From Chlamydiia bacterium (GTDB taxonomy: Bacteria; Chlamydiota; Chlamydiia; Chlamydiales; 2-12-FULL-49-11): DNA of 32,249 bases. Location of the stretch: assembly GCA_044359535.1 (NCBI GenBank), contig JBIKLZ010000008.1:1-32249 (forward strand), in the 5' to 3' direction. The position numbers were made by a program, and so were the translations under genes. This document shows positions 16,602 through 26,340 of the stretch, piece after piece. The notes below the pieces were generated by a model. That model saw only the letters and a list, made by a program, of their open reading frames with translations. It was not told the DNA's origin and made no database searches. How positions within the stretch are numbered: the first letter of the stretch is position 1; the number at the start of each line of letters is the position of its first letter.

Positions 16602-17681
16602 ATGTCACAAACTGATACTCTCCCTATTAAATCGATCACTCTTAAATCTCTTTCAAAAACCCTTTCATGTGACTATGTTGGAGACCCTCTTAAAGAAATA
16701 AAAGGTGTAAACAGTTTAAAGAACAGCTCCTTTGACGACATCTGCTTTTTTCACAATGAAAAATACACCTCGTTATTGCTCACAACACAAGCGGGCGTTA
16801 TCTGCGTGAAAAAAGATACTCCCCTTCAACAGGGAAAAAACTATCTACTGTGCGACGACCCTTCCCTGATCTTTGAAAAAATCACACATCTCTTCTTGGA
16901 AAATCATTCCAGATCTGGATTTACACATATTCATCCCACAGCAACTATTCATCCAACGGCAAAGATCGGAAAAAATCCTGAAATTGGCCCTTATGTTGTC
17001 ATTGATAGAGAGGTTATAATAGGGGATAATGTTATCCTCTATCCCCATGTGACAATTGGTCCTAAATGTGTCATTAAAGATGACTGCCTTTTTCATGCAG
17101 GGGTTGTGGTTAGAGAGGATTGCTTAATAGGAAACAGGGTCATTTTACAACCTAATTGCGTCATCGGAGGGTGTGGTTTTGGTTATAACTCTTGTAAAAA
17201 GACAGGGACCCATTCAAAAATTACCCACCTAGGGAATGTCATTTTAGAAGATGATGTAGAAATTGGAGCTTGCACAACTATTGATCGAGGAAGGTTTAGC
17301 TCCACTTTAATCAAGCAAGGGACAAAAATTGACAACCACTGCATGATCGCTCATAATTGTGAGATTGGGGAAAATAACTTAATTGTCTCTATGTCAGGAA
17401 TTTCTGGATCAACAAAAACAGGTAAAAACGTCGTTATTGCCGCTCAATGTGGCATTGTTGGCCATATCGAAATTGGAGACAATGTGACATTAGGGGCTCG
17501 AAGTGCCCCAATTAAATCGCTTAAAAAACCTGGAGTCTACCTTGGAGCCCCTGCTCAGCCAATAAAAGATGAAGCTATCCAAATGGTCTGTTTAAAAAGA
17601 CTCCCATCGGTGTTAAAAAAATTAAAGGGAGCTGAAAAATTTTTAGAACAATTTCAACACACAGAGCCCGAAAATCTATAA
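16602..17681 (+). CDS. lpxD: UDP-3-O-acyl-glucosamine N-acyltransferase
   Basis: N-terminal uridine-binding domain, hexapeptide repeats, [36 protein letters not shown]. Confidence 0.97.
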   Translation: MSQTDTLPIKSITLKSLSKTLSCDYVGDPLKEIKGVNSLKNSSFDDICFFHNEKYTSLLLTTQAGVICVKKDTPLQQGKNYLLCDDPSLIFEKITHLFLENHSRSGFTHIHPTATIHPTAKIGKNPEIGPYVVIDREVIIGDNVILYPHVTIGPKCVIKDDCLFHAGVVVREDCLIGNRVILQPNCVIGGCGFGYNSCKKTGTHSKITHLGNVILEDDVEIGACTTIDRGRFSSTLIKQGTKIDNHCMIAHNCEIGENNLIVSMSGISGSTKTGKNVVIAAQCGIVGHIEIGDNVTLGARSAPIKSLKKPGVYLGAPAQPIKDEAIQMVCLKRLPSVLKKLKGAEKFLEQFQHTEPENL

Positions 17682-17704
17682 AAAACCCTTTTTTTAGTTG
17701 GTTC

Positions 17705-17733
17705 TTGAAATCATTGCTTTAAAAGTGTATCAT
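17705..17733 (+). promoter_or_regulatory. Putative promoter of the corA-family gene
   Basis: TTGAAA (17705-17710), 17 nt, TATCAT (17728-17733). Confidence 0.55.
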
Positions 17734-17774
17734 CTTGTGCTATGTGAATAGATAGTATCTGAAGAAGGTTTTTT

Positions 17775-18698
17775 ATGCTTAAATATTTTTTTAAACCTAG
17801 TGGTGAGAAATTATTCACAGAGCTTGATACCCCAAGAAAAAACACATGGATCCACTGTCATGATGCAAGTGATGATTCGTTAAAAGAGATTGCTACCCTT
17901 TTGATGATCGACTATGAAGAGATCACCGACTCCCTTGACTTGATGGAAATTCCAAGGGTTGAAAAAATTGAAAACAACACTTTAGTTGTCTATACAAGAT
18001 TTCCAAATTTCGAGGAGACAGGGATTTATACCTCTCCCCTGACAATTATTTTATCTACCGATTATTTTGTCACCATTTCCCCAACAAGCTGTGATTTTAT
18101 CGATAAGATTTCTGACTCTATTTCCCCAAATAGCCCTTTTGAAAAAACAGAATTTCTTATTCATATTCTCTTAAAAATCATTCAAAGCTATACTCGTGTG
18201 ATAAAAAAGATTCGTACAGAGGTGGTTTTACATGAAAAAGACCTTACAAAAGTGGACGAAAAGGATATCACGGGGCTTACTCAAAAAGAGGAAAACCTTA
18301 ACCAATGTTTGAATGCACTCCAGCCTTTAAATGAGGTCATTCAAAATCTTTTAACAGGCAAGCACACCCCTTTAAGTGAAGAGGATCAAGATCATTTAGA
18401 AGATTTACTCCTTGGTTCTGAGCAAGCTGAAGCTTTATGCCAATTAAGTTTAAGGATCATTACATCGTTAAGAAACTCTGTTCAAGTTGTCATCACCAAC
18501 GAATTTAATAAAACAATCAAGTTATTAACAGCGTTAACTATCATCTTAAATCTACCTACGACCATTGCAAGTGTTTATGGGATGAATATCCCTCTCCCCT
18601 TTGCCTCCTCAGACTGGGCATTTTCGATTGTGATGTCCTTTATTGTCATTTCCTTTGTAGGTTCTTTTTACTTTTTTCAAAGAAGGCGTTGGTTGTAA
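17775..18698 (+). CDS. CorA-family Mg2+/divalent cation transporter
   Basis: EIPRVE, N..IKLLT, PT.IASVYGMN signature, two C-terminal TM helices, basic RRRWL tail. Confidence 0.93.
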   Translation: MLKYFFKPSGEKLFTELDTPRKNTWIHCHDASDDSLKEIATLLMIDYEEITDSLDLMEIPRVEKIENNTLVVYTRFPNFEETGIYTSPLTIILSTDYFVTISPTSCDFIDKISDSISPNSPFEKTEFLIHILLKIIQSYTRVIKKIRTEVVLHEKDLTKVDEKDITGLTQKEENLNQCLNALQPLNEVIQNLLTGKHTPLSEEDQDHLEDLLLGSEQAEALCQLSLRIITSLRNSVQVVITNEFNKTIKLLTALTIILNLPTTIASVYGMNIPLPFASSDWAFSIVMSFIVISFVGSFYFFQRRRWL

Positions 18699-18712
18699 AA
18701 AATTCCTTGAAT

Positions 18713-19969
18713 TTAGAGAACTAAACTTGTTGGATTCTCAAGGAGAAATTTTAAAGTGTTTAAAAACAAAGCCCCTGCAGCACCATCTATCACTCGATGG
18801 TCTAAAGAAATCGATAGATTTAGCCTATGACCGGAAACAATCTTTCCATTTTTGGAAATCGGAGTTTCAATAATTCCACCAACAGCTAAAATGGCTCCTT
18901 GTGGAGGGTTAATGACCGCCTCAAAGGAGGTGATTCCAAACATCCCCAAATTAGAAATGGTAAATGAGCCCCCTTGGTACTCAAAAGGCTCTAATTTCCC
19001 CTCTTTGGCCTTCATAACAAGTCTTTTTGCTTCCATTGAAATCTCTTTTAAAGACATACAATTTGCCTGCCATAAAATCGGGGTAATAAGTCCATCTGGG
19101 ATGCTTACCGCTAAAGAGATATCCACTGTTTTAAATTGGATCATCACATTTTTCTTTGAATCATACCCCATATTGATCTCTGGGTGCTTTTGCAAAGCTA
19201 AGGCGGTTGCTTTAATAATGCAATCGTTAAAACTTACATGAATTCCAAGATCTTTAAGCTCTGATCTAAAGGCCATCATTTTATCTGCTTCAACACTTTG
19301 AGATATGACATAATGAGGGATAGTCATCTTTGAAGCCTGCAACCTTTCCCCAATTACTTTTCTCATAGGGCTAAGGGGGACCTCATCAAAAGTCCCATCA
19401 GGAAATTCTATAGACCTTTGTTCTCCCCCAAAAAGTTGTAGTAAAGGGGCATTGGCAAGATCTTTAGAAATAATTCTCCCCGAAGGGCCGCTACCTTTAA
19501 CAGAGCGTAAATCAAGCCCTTTTTCTTTAGCTATTTTTTTTGCAAGGGGGCTTGCAGCTACCGATGGTTTTATTGTCGATCGCATTTTTTTTGAAGGGGG
19601 TACTGGAGAGAATTGGATCACATTTAAAGAGTTACTTTTTTGCTCGACCTCTATCTTTTTTTCGTTTGCACTCACCCCCTCTTCAACCTTTTTTTCCTCT
19701 TCAAAGGTTGGGGTTGAAAACTCCTCATCAAGAGTTTTTGTAATAATTGCAATCGGAGCATTGACTTTTGCTCCCTTGCCTGCAGGGACAAGGATTTTTC
19801 GTATGTATCCACCATCAATTGCTTGAAATTCGACAGTAGACTTATCTGTTGCAATTTCACAAATTGGAGAGCCATCTAAGACTTTGTCTCCAACCTTTAC
19901 AACCCAAGAGGTGATAATTCCCTCATCCATAGTTGGGGATAAAGCCGGCATGGTTACAATTATTGGCAT
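18713..19969 (-). CDS. pdhC: Pyruvate dehydrogenase E2 (dihydrolipoamide acetyltransferase)
   Basis: MPALSPTM, lipoyl-Lys ATDKS, E3-binding ASPLAKKIA..GSGPSGRI, TISNLGM, DHRVIDGA. Confidence 0.97.
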   Translation of the reverse strand: MPIIVTMPALSPTMDEGIITSWVVKVGDKVLDGSPICEIATDKSTVEFQAIDGGYIRKILVPAGKGAKVNAPIAIITKTLDEEFSTPTFEEEKKVEEGVSANEKKIEVEQKSNSLNVIQFSPVPPSKKMRSTIKPSVAASPLAKKIAKEKGLDLRSVKGSGPSGRIISKDLANAPLLQLFGGEQRSIEFPDGTFDEVPLSPMRKVIGERLQASKMTIPHYVISQSVEADKMMAFRSELKDLGIHVSFNDCIIKATALALQKHPEINMGYDSKKNVMIQFKTVDISLAVSIPDGLITPILWQANCMSLKEISMEAKRLVMKAKEGKLEPFEYQGGSFTISNLGMFGITSFEAVINPPQGAILAVGGIIETPISKNGKIVSGHRLNLSISLDHRVIDGAAGALFLNTLKFLLENPTSLVL

Positions 19970-19979
19970 CTATTTCTCC

Positions 19980-20963
19980 TCATTTAACCCCTATAAGAAC
20001 TTCCTCGATCACTTTTTTTATCCTTGCTGGATTTGGAATTGTTTCAGCTTCAAGCGGTGGGGAATACGGTAACGGAGTTTCCATTTGACACACTCTTTGA
20101 ACAGGAGCATCTAAATCGTCGAAGCAAAACTCTTGAATAAGAGAAATAACCTCTGCAGATATCCCAGCATACTTATGCCCTTCTTCAACAACAACGGCGC
20201 GATGAGTCTTTCTAACAGAGGTGACAATAGTCCCCACGTCTAAAGGTTTTATAGTTCTTAAATCAATAAGCTCAATAAAAATCCCCTTCCTTTTAAAATC
20301 TTCTACAACTTCCTTACAAAAATAGATCATCCTGCTATAAGAGATTAAAGTGAGGTCAACCCCCTCTTCAATAACCTTAGCTTTTCCTATTTCTACTGTG
20401 TAGTCATGATCGGGAACCTCTCCCTTAATGTTATAAATCATTTCATTTTCTAAAAAAAAGACAGGATTATCATTAAAAATTGCCGCCTTTAAAAGCCCTT
20501 TTGAATCATAAGGGGTTGATGGAGCAAGGACAATACAGCCAGGCAAATGAGCATATAAAGGTTCAACGTTGTGAGAGTGTTGACAAGAGACCCTAGCTGC
20601 TGCACCATTTGGTCCTCGAAATACAATAGGGACTTTAAAGCGCCCCCCTGACATATAGTGAATTTTTAATGCGTTGCTCACAATTTGATCAAAAGCGACA
20701 AAGGAAAAATTAAAACTCATAAACTCAACAATAGGACGCAATCCAGTTAAGGCTGCTCCAATTGCAAGTCCTGTAAACCCCCCCTCAACAATTGGGGTAT
20801 CAATAACTCTTTTCTCTCCATACTTTTCTAATAACCCCTTTGTAATTTTGTAGGCACCATTGTATTGAGCCACTTCCTCACCTAAAATAAAGACAGAGTC
20901 ATCCTTTGCTAAGGCCTCATCGATTGCTTCTCTTATAGCTTCTCTTATAGAAATCTCTCTCAT
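19980..20963 (-). CDS. pdhB: Pyruvate dehydrogenase E1 beta
   Basis: GEEV, DTPIVE, GLRPIVEFM, QHS, DLRTIKPLD, LDAPV. Confidence 0.97.
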   Translation of the reverse strand: MREISIREAIREAIDEALAKDDSVFILGEEVAQYNGAYKITKGLLEKYGEKRVIDTPIVEGGFTGLAIGAALTGLRPIVEFMSFNFSFVAFDQIVSNALKIHYMSGGRFKVPIVFRGPNGAAARVSCQHSHNVEPLYAHLPGCIVLAPSTPYDSKGLLKAAIFNDNPVFFLENEMIYNIKGEVPDHDYTVEIGKAKVIEEGVDLTLISYSRMIYFCKEVVEDFKRKGIFIELIDLRTIKPLDVGTIVTSVRKTHRAVVVEEGHKYAGISAEVISLIQEFCFDDLDAPVQRVCQMETPLPYSPPLEAETIPNPARIKKVIEEVLIGVK

Positions 20964-21985
20964 GGGATAATCACCCCCTCTTCAAGGGTATGAACATCTG
21001 GAAAGGGTGCTAGATCAGCCTCTACTACAGCTTTAACAACCCTTTGCTTTTGGACCTCGCTGCGCGTTTCATATTCTTGATCGGTAAAACCACAATGGTT
21101 CTTCAATAGTTGTTTAAACGATTCAATAGGGTCTAATTTTTTTATCCTCTCAAGTTCCTCTTTTGTCCTATACGTTGCCGCATCACTGATTGAATGCCCT
21201 TTATATCTATAACAAAGAACTTCTACCATAATAGGTTGACAGGTTTGCTGGACCTCTTCTTTAATTTTTTTAAAAAGATCATAGACCAAAGGCAATTGCA
21301 TTCCATCCACAGAATAGGATTTAATGCCATAGGCTTTAGACATATTTTCGACAATAGGGGGATTGGCAATGGTTCTTTCTAGTTGCGTTCCCATAGAAAT
21401 CCCATTATTTTCAACCACAACAATTAAAGGAAGATTCCATAATTTGATTAAATTCATCGTTTCATGAAAAGTCCCTTGGGGAACAGACCCATCACCTCCA
21501 AAGACCACAGCTACTTCATCTTTGATCCCTCTATACTTTAAAGAAAATGCAAGCCCTGCTCCAAGGGGCCACTGACCGCCAACAATCCCAGAGCCCCCAT
21601 ACATATTTTTTGTATACATATGCATCGATCCTCCCCTACCAAGAGCTATTCCAGTTTGCTTGCCAAAAAGCTCCGCCATTCCCTCCTCTGGAGTCATCCC
21701 AAGAAGGAGGGCAAGGGCATGACATCTATAGGTTGTAGCATAGTAATTTTTATCGGCACCAAGAGCATTGACAATCCCAGTTTGTACCGCTTCTTGCCCA
21801 ATATATGAATGATAAAACCCCCACACCTTCCCTTGTTGATAGCTTTGCTCACCCCTTGTTTCAAAATGACGAATCAAAAGCATCTCATCTAACATTTTTA
21901 GTGATAAATGCATTCCCATCTCAGCTATAACTGCAAGAGGATCACTTTGGTAAAGTGTGGGTTGTTTAATTTCTTCAGTTGTCAT
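20960..21985 (-). CDS. pdhA: Pyruvate dehydrogenase E1 alpha
   Basis: GFYHSYIGQEA, GRGGSMH, ThDP motif GDGS..ENN, YRYKGHSISD. Confidence 0.97.
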   Translation of the reverse strand: MTTEEIKQPTLYQSDPLAVIAEMGMHLSLKMLDEMLLIRHFETRGEQSYQQGKVWGFYHSYIGQEAVQTGIVNALGADKNYYATTYRCHALALLLGMTPEEGMAELFGKQTGIALGRGGSMHMYTKNMYGGSGIVGGQWPLGAGLAFSLKYRGIKDEVAVVFGGDGSVPQGTFHETMNLIKLWNLPLIVVVENNGISMGTQLERTIANPPIVENMSKAYGIKSYSVDGMQLPLVYDLFKKIKEEVQQTCQPIMVEVLCYRYKGHSISDAATYRTKEELERIKKLDPIESFKQLLKNHCGFTDQEYETRSEVQKQRVVKAVVEADLAPFPDVHTLEEGVIIP

Positions 21986-22084
21986 CAATGGTCCAATATT
22001 TTCTATTGTAATATCTTTTCTCTTATCAGCAAAGGATTTGTTTTACTACCAGAAAATAGAGCAATGGCCTATACTTTACCTTTT

Positions 22085-22780
22085 ATGGGAAGAAAAGCAA
22101 TCTACTACGATACAGAAACAACAGGTCTTAAATCAGATACAGACCGCATTATTGAACTTGCAGCCTATGATTCTTTAGAAAAAACTTCTTTTTGTACATT
22201 TATTAATCCAGGAATACCGATTCCAAAAGAGTCGATAGAGATTTGTGGAATTACTGATGAGATGGTAAAAGATGCCCCAGATTTTAAAACTGCAGCTAAA
22301 ATGTTTGTTGAATTTTGTAAGGGCGAAGTGGTGTTAATCGCTCACAATAACGATAATTTCGATAAACATTTTCTCCAAGCAGAGTTTTCTCGCTGTGGTG
22401 TCCCCCTTCCCAACTATCCTTATATTGATACCTTAAAATGGGCAAAAAAGTATCGCCCCGATCTTCCTAAATTCTCTTTACAATACCTTCGAGAAATCTA
22501 TGGGATTGAAGCAAATAATGCCCACAGAGCCCTTGATGATGTCATGGTTTTAAAAGATATCTTTGAAAAGATGATAGGGGATTTAACTATTGAAGATGTT
22601 TTTATTTTGATGAATAAAAAGCAAGGGCCTATTACCCAAATGCCTTTTGGAAAACACAGAGGGGAGCCCCTTGAAAAGGTTCCCAAAGCCTACCTTTCAT
22701 GGCTATCAAAATCAGGGGCGTTAGACAAAGAAGATAACCTTGAGCTTAAAAAAACCCTCACACACTTAAGTTTGATTTAA
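22085..22780 (+). CDS. dnaQ: DEDDh 3'-5' exonuclease (DNA polymerase III epsilon-like) with C-terminal MPFGK (DUF3820-like) domain
   Basis: YDTETTGL (ExoI), AHN..FD (ExoII), AHRALDD (ExoIII), MPFGKHRG..VP..YL.WL. The 21908 start overlaps pdhA; ATG 22085 fits the domain start. Confidence 0.88.
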   Translation: MGRKAIYYDTETTGLKSDTDRIIELAAYDSLEKTSFCTFINPGIPIPKESIEICGITDEMVKDAPDFKTAAKMFVEFCKGEVVLIAHNNDNFDKHFLQAEFSRCGVPLPNYPYIDTLKWAKKYRPDLPKFSLQYLREIYGIEANNAHRALDDVMVLKDIFEKMIGDLTIEDVFILMNKKQGPITQMPFGKHRGEPLEKVPKAYLSWLSKSGALDKEDNLELKKTLTHLSLI

Positions 22781-22793
22781 CTAAAAATTCTTA

Positions 22794-24554
22794 TTAATTA
22801 AGTTGCGAAGCGGCCCACATCGATGCAAACCCCTTTGACTGGTCTAAAACTTCTTCAAGGCTTCCACAGGAGACAATTTTTCCTCCTTCTAAAAACAAGA
22901 CTCGATCTGCATGTTGTATTGTCGAAAGTCTATGAGCAACTATCACTTGAGTGACCTCCCCTTTCATATTTTCTAAAGCCATTGACACCGCTTTTTCATT
23001 AACAGCATCTAGCGAGGAGGTTGCTTCATCAAGAAGAAGTATAGATGCTTTACGAAGCAAGGCTCTTGCTAATGCAAGGCGTTGCTTTTGCCCCCCTGAA
23101 AGATTTTTCCCCATTTCTTCAATGACTGTATTGTATCCTTCAGGTAAACTCATTATAAACTCATGAATACAGGCTTTTTTTGTTGCTTGAATCATTTCAC
23201 CTTGAGAAATAGGCTCCTCAAAAATAAGATTAGATTTAATCGTATCGTTAAAAAAGAAGGGCTCTTGAGTAACCACAGCAAACTGTTTTCTTAATGACTC
23301 TAATGAGATATTTTTAATAGAGATCCCATCAAAGAGGATCTCTCCACTGTCAATGTTGTAAAGGTTTGAAAACAGCTTTAGTAGGGTAGATTTACCAGAG
23401 CCGGTAGACCCCGCAATAGCTAAGACCTCCCCTTTTTTTAATGAAAAGGATAAATCTTCTAATATTTTTGTATCGTTGTAAGAAAATTTAACTTTTTCAA
23501 AGAGTATTTCTTTTGAAAAATTGTTTTGCAAAGGGACACCTGAAGGGTTTGATTCAGACTCTTTTCCTAAAATATCAAATATGCGCTGAGCGGCAACAAC
23601 CCCCTTTTGTACATTGGCATTTTCATCGGAAAATTGTTTAAATGGAGTATAGAGCATATGCAAAACCCCACAATAGACAATTAAATCAGGAAACAAAATA
23701 TGAAGTCGATGGATCCCAATATAAAGAATTGAAACAAACATCACCGTCATCATAAAATGAGTGATGGGACGAGACATCATATCATACTTTTGAATCTTTT
23801 CATCAAAAGCCACCATCAATGCGTTTTCCTCTGTATATTTTTTAATAGAGTATTTCTCCAGCTGATACGATTTAATAGTAAAAATTCCCGATAAGTGGTC
23901 AATAATCACAGAAGTAAAAGACTCTTGCTTTTGTTGCATGGACAACGAAATTTTTCGAATTTTTTTAGTGATCCACTTTAGAGGAATGACCACAAGGGGT
24001 ATTCCTAAAAAAAGAACTGCTGTAAGCTGCCAAGAGAGGATAATACATAAAAAAAGGGTCGATCCTACAATAAAGGGCATGTGAATGTAGTTAGTAACAA
24101 ATGAATTAAACGAAAGAGCTATTTGACTTGCATCACTTATGACTCTTGTTGAGAGCTTTCCCCGATCATATTTTGAAAAAAACGAGAGGGGAAGGGTTTG
24201 TAAATGGGCAAAGCATTGATTTCTTAAGTCTCTACAAATGCGTACGGCTAAAATTTTTGTGAGATATCTACTAATAAAAAGTGCAATCGCTTTAAAAACA
24301 CCGACGATAAAAAAAAGGATCACAAGGGAAGAAAAGGCATTTACATTTAAGCCCAATGCATTTTGTACCCACAATATTGCCTTAGACATCACCCCACTAT
24401 CAGGGGTAAAGTGATCTCCACTTTTAGCGACCGCTCCAAAAATAATCACCTCAAGTTGGTTAAAAATTGTAAGAGCAATGAGCGCCACAATGGAGGAAAT
24501 AAATAACGATACATGGGATTTTACACGAAATAATGCAGCAAATAGGTCTTTCAT
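22794..24554 (-). CDS. msbA: ABC exporter, MsbA-like lipid A flippase
   Basis: N-terminal TM domain plus NBD (GSTGSGKST, LSGGQKQR, LLLDEATS, AHRLST); downstream of accA as in chlamydiae. Confidence 0.82.
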   Translation of the reverse strand: MKDLFAALFRVKSHVSLFISSIVALIALTIFNQLEVIIFGAVAKSGDHFTPDSGVMSKAILWVQNALGLNVNAFSSLVILFFIVGVFKAIALFISRYLTKILAVRICRDLRNQCFAHLQTLPLSFFSKYDRGKLSTRVISDASQIALSFNSFVTNYIHMPFIVGSTLFLCIILSWQLTAVLFLGIPLVVIPLKWITKKIRKISLSMQQKQESFTSVIIDHLSGIFTIKSYQLEKYSIKKYTEENALMVAFDEKIQKYDMMSRPITHFMMTVMFVSILYIGIHRLHILFPDLIVYCGVLHMLYTPFKQFSDENANVQKGVVAAQRIFDILGKESESNPSGVPLQNNFSKEILFEKVKFSYNDTKILEDLSFSLKKGEVLAIAGSTGSGKSTLLKLFSNLYNIDSGEILFDGISIKNISLESLRKQFAVVTQEPFFFNDTIKSNLIFEEPISQGEMIQATKKACIHEFIMSLPEGYNTVIEEMGKNLSGGQKQRLALARALLRKASILLLDEATSSLDAVNEKAVSMALENMKGEVTQVIVAHRLSTIQHADRVLFLEGGKIVSCGSLEEVLDQSKGFASMWAASQLN

Positions 24555-24578
24555 CCCCTTAATATAACAGAAAAAAAC

Positions 24579-25394
24579 TTAAAAGGATCGATATTTTTTA
24601 TACCGTTCTTCTATAAGGTCTAAAACAGGGATTGCTTGGACCGCTTCTATCCAAGACTCTATTTCTCTTTGTATATGCTCAAAAACAGCTCTTTTGTTTT
24701 CATGAAATCCCCCTTCTCCCTCAGGGATTACCTGATCAACCACCCCAAATGAAAGAAGATCCTCTGATTGCATCTTTAAATGCTTTACCATCTTGTCCAC
24801 TTTGTGGGAATCATTAAGCAAAATAGCAGCACACCCCTCTGGCGAAATCACTGAAAAATAGGCATGCTCAAGAATCAGGGTTTTATCACAGACCCCAATA
24901 CCTAAAGCGCCACCGGAACAACCCTCTCCAAGAATAAGGGAGAGGATGGGGGTTTTTAATACACTCATTTCACTTAAGTTACTTGCAATCGCATTTGCTT
25001 GCCCACGTTTTTCTGCATCAAGACCTGGATAGGCTCCAGGGGTATCAATAATGGATAGAACAGGTAAATGAAATTTTTCTGCAAGCTTCATAAGACGAAG
25101 GGCTTTTCTATAGCCATCTGGAAGCATCATCCCAAAATTGCGCTCCACCTTCTGTTTTGTTTCTTCCCCTTTTTCTTGTGCAAGGATCATAACACCCCTT
25201 CCACAAACAGTTCCCACACCACCAATAATTGCTGCATCGTCCCCGTAAAGTCTATCACCATGAAGTTCTTGAAATGAAGAACATATTGCTTGTATCACTT
25301 CTAACCCTTTAGGTCGACTTGGATGTCTAGCAATACTTAACCTTTCCATCAAGGAGAGCTCTTTACTGTTTTTTTGAAAAGATTCTGTGATCAC
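24579..25394 (-). CDS. accA: Acetyl-CoA carboxylase carboxyltransferase alpha subunit (short N-terminus; start uncertain: 25421, 25394 or 25349)
   Basis: ARHPSRP, ELHGDR, RNFGM, GYRKALRLM, IDTPGAYPG, GEGCSGGALG, SVISPEG. GTG 25394 has AAGGA about 8 nt upstream. Confidence 0.95.
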   Translation of the reverse strand: MITESFQKNSKELSLMERLSIARHPSRPKGLEVIQAICSSFQELHGDRLYGDDAAIIGGVGTVCGRGVMILAQEKGEETKQKVERNFGMMLPDGYRKALRLMKLAEKFHLPVLSIIDTPGAYPGLDAEKRGQANAIASNLSEMSVLKTPILSLILGEGCSGGALGIGVCDKTLILEHAYFSVISPEGCAAILLNDSHKVDKMVKHLKMQSEDLLSFGVVDQVIPEGEGGFHENKRAVFEHIQREIESWIEAVQAIPVLDLIEERYKKYRSF

Positions 25395-26292
25395 TTTCCA
25401 CTTCCTTTGTGATTTCAACAAATGTAGGTTTTGTAATGATCACAGCAAATAACTCTTTAATATCTTCAGAGGATAAGCGAATACATCCATTGCTTTCATA
25501 CTTTCCTAAAAGAGAGATATCCTCCTCATAGACCCCTGTCTCTTGATTAAAGGTAAGGGGTAAACCATGCAATCCATAACCTTTGGCAATATCAGTACAA
25601 TTTTCAACTTCTTCAGCAAAAGGGATCCATCTATTTCCAAATATCTCAACCGCATTTCTCTTTTGATTTTCAAAATATGTGATTGAATCAGGGGTGTAAA
25701 CCGCTACTTTTGACCCTAATTTGTACGTCCCAAGAGGGGTTAATGAGCCCGATGGAGAATAGGGGTCTTTTTTTCCTAAAGAAACTTTATACTGCTTAAC
25801 CAAGACCTCTTCATTTGTATCCTCATCGACATAAGAAAAAAACAGTGTGCACCTTGAAAGATCGACAAGAAGATGAAAGGTGATATGCTTATTTGGAGAA
25901 AGAATGTTGAATTGATCCCCTGGAGAAACTTTTTGCAACTCGTAATCGGCTTTTCCATTTAAACTTCGTGCAATAAAATGCCTTGATGTTTCGTATTTGC
26001 TTGCATAATCTGAAAGCCAAGCAGGTCTTCCATTAAGCCATGACACCCTGCTTGTGTAGGTTATTGTCTCAACGATAGGAAACTTTTGAACCCCTTTTGC
26101 AAAAAAGCGGTGAATTTGGTCAACACACTCCTTTTCTTCATGTAACAAGGGTGAATTTTCTACTGACATTTTCACTTCTTGCGGTCGGTTTGAAACAATC
26201 GCTTTTCCCTCTGATGGCTTTTTATAATAAGCAAAAGAAATTAGAAGTAAGAGGGTTAGTGAAACAATTAAAAACATCCTTTTTGAAAACAC
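25363..26292 (-). CDS. Membrane-anchored YkuD-family L,D-transpeptidase
   Basis: N-terminal TM segment, LLVDLS, VSLGK..TPLG, FGNRWI, YGLHG...SNGCIRL catalytic His/Cys motif; SD GGGGAG upstream of GTG. Confidence 0.87.
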   Translation of the reverse strand: MFSKRMFLIVSLTLLLLISFAYYKKPSEGKAIVSNRPQEVKMSVENSPLLHEEKECVDQIHRFFAKGVQKFPIVETITYTSRVSWLNGRPAWLSDYASKYETSRHFIARSLNGKADYELQKVSPGDQFNILSPNKHITFHLLVDLSRCTLFFSYVDEDTNEEVLVKQYKVSLGKKDPYSPSGSLTPLGTYKLGSKVAVYTPDSITYFENQKRNAVEIFGNRWIPFAEEVENCTDIAKGYGLHGLPLTFNQETGVYEEDISLLGKYESNGCIRLSSEDIKELFAVIITKPTFVEITKEVESDHRIFSKKQ

Positions 26293-26340
26293 GAAAAACT
26301 CCCCTTTTTACTCCTATATTAGAGGAAAAAGCAGTTTTAA

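Noticed and set aside
21908-22084. 59-aa N-terminal extension of the exonuclease in the ORF track
   Set aside because: It overlaps pdhA on the opposite strand and the promoter region; the DEDDh domain starts right after Met at 22085.
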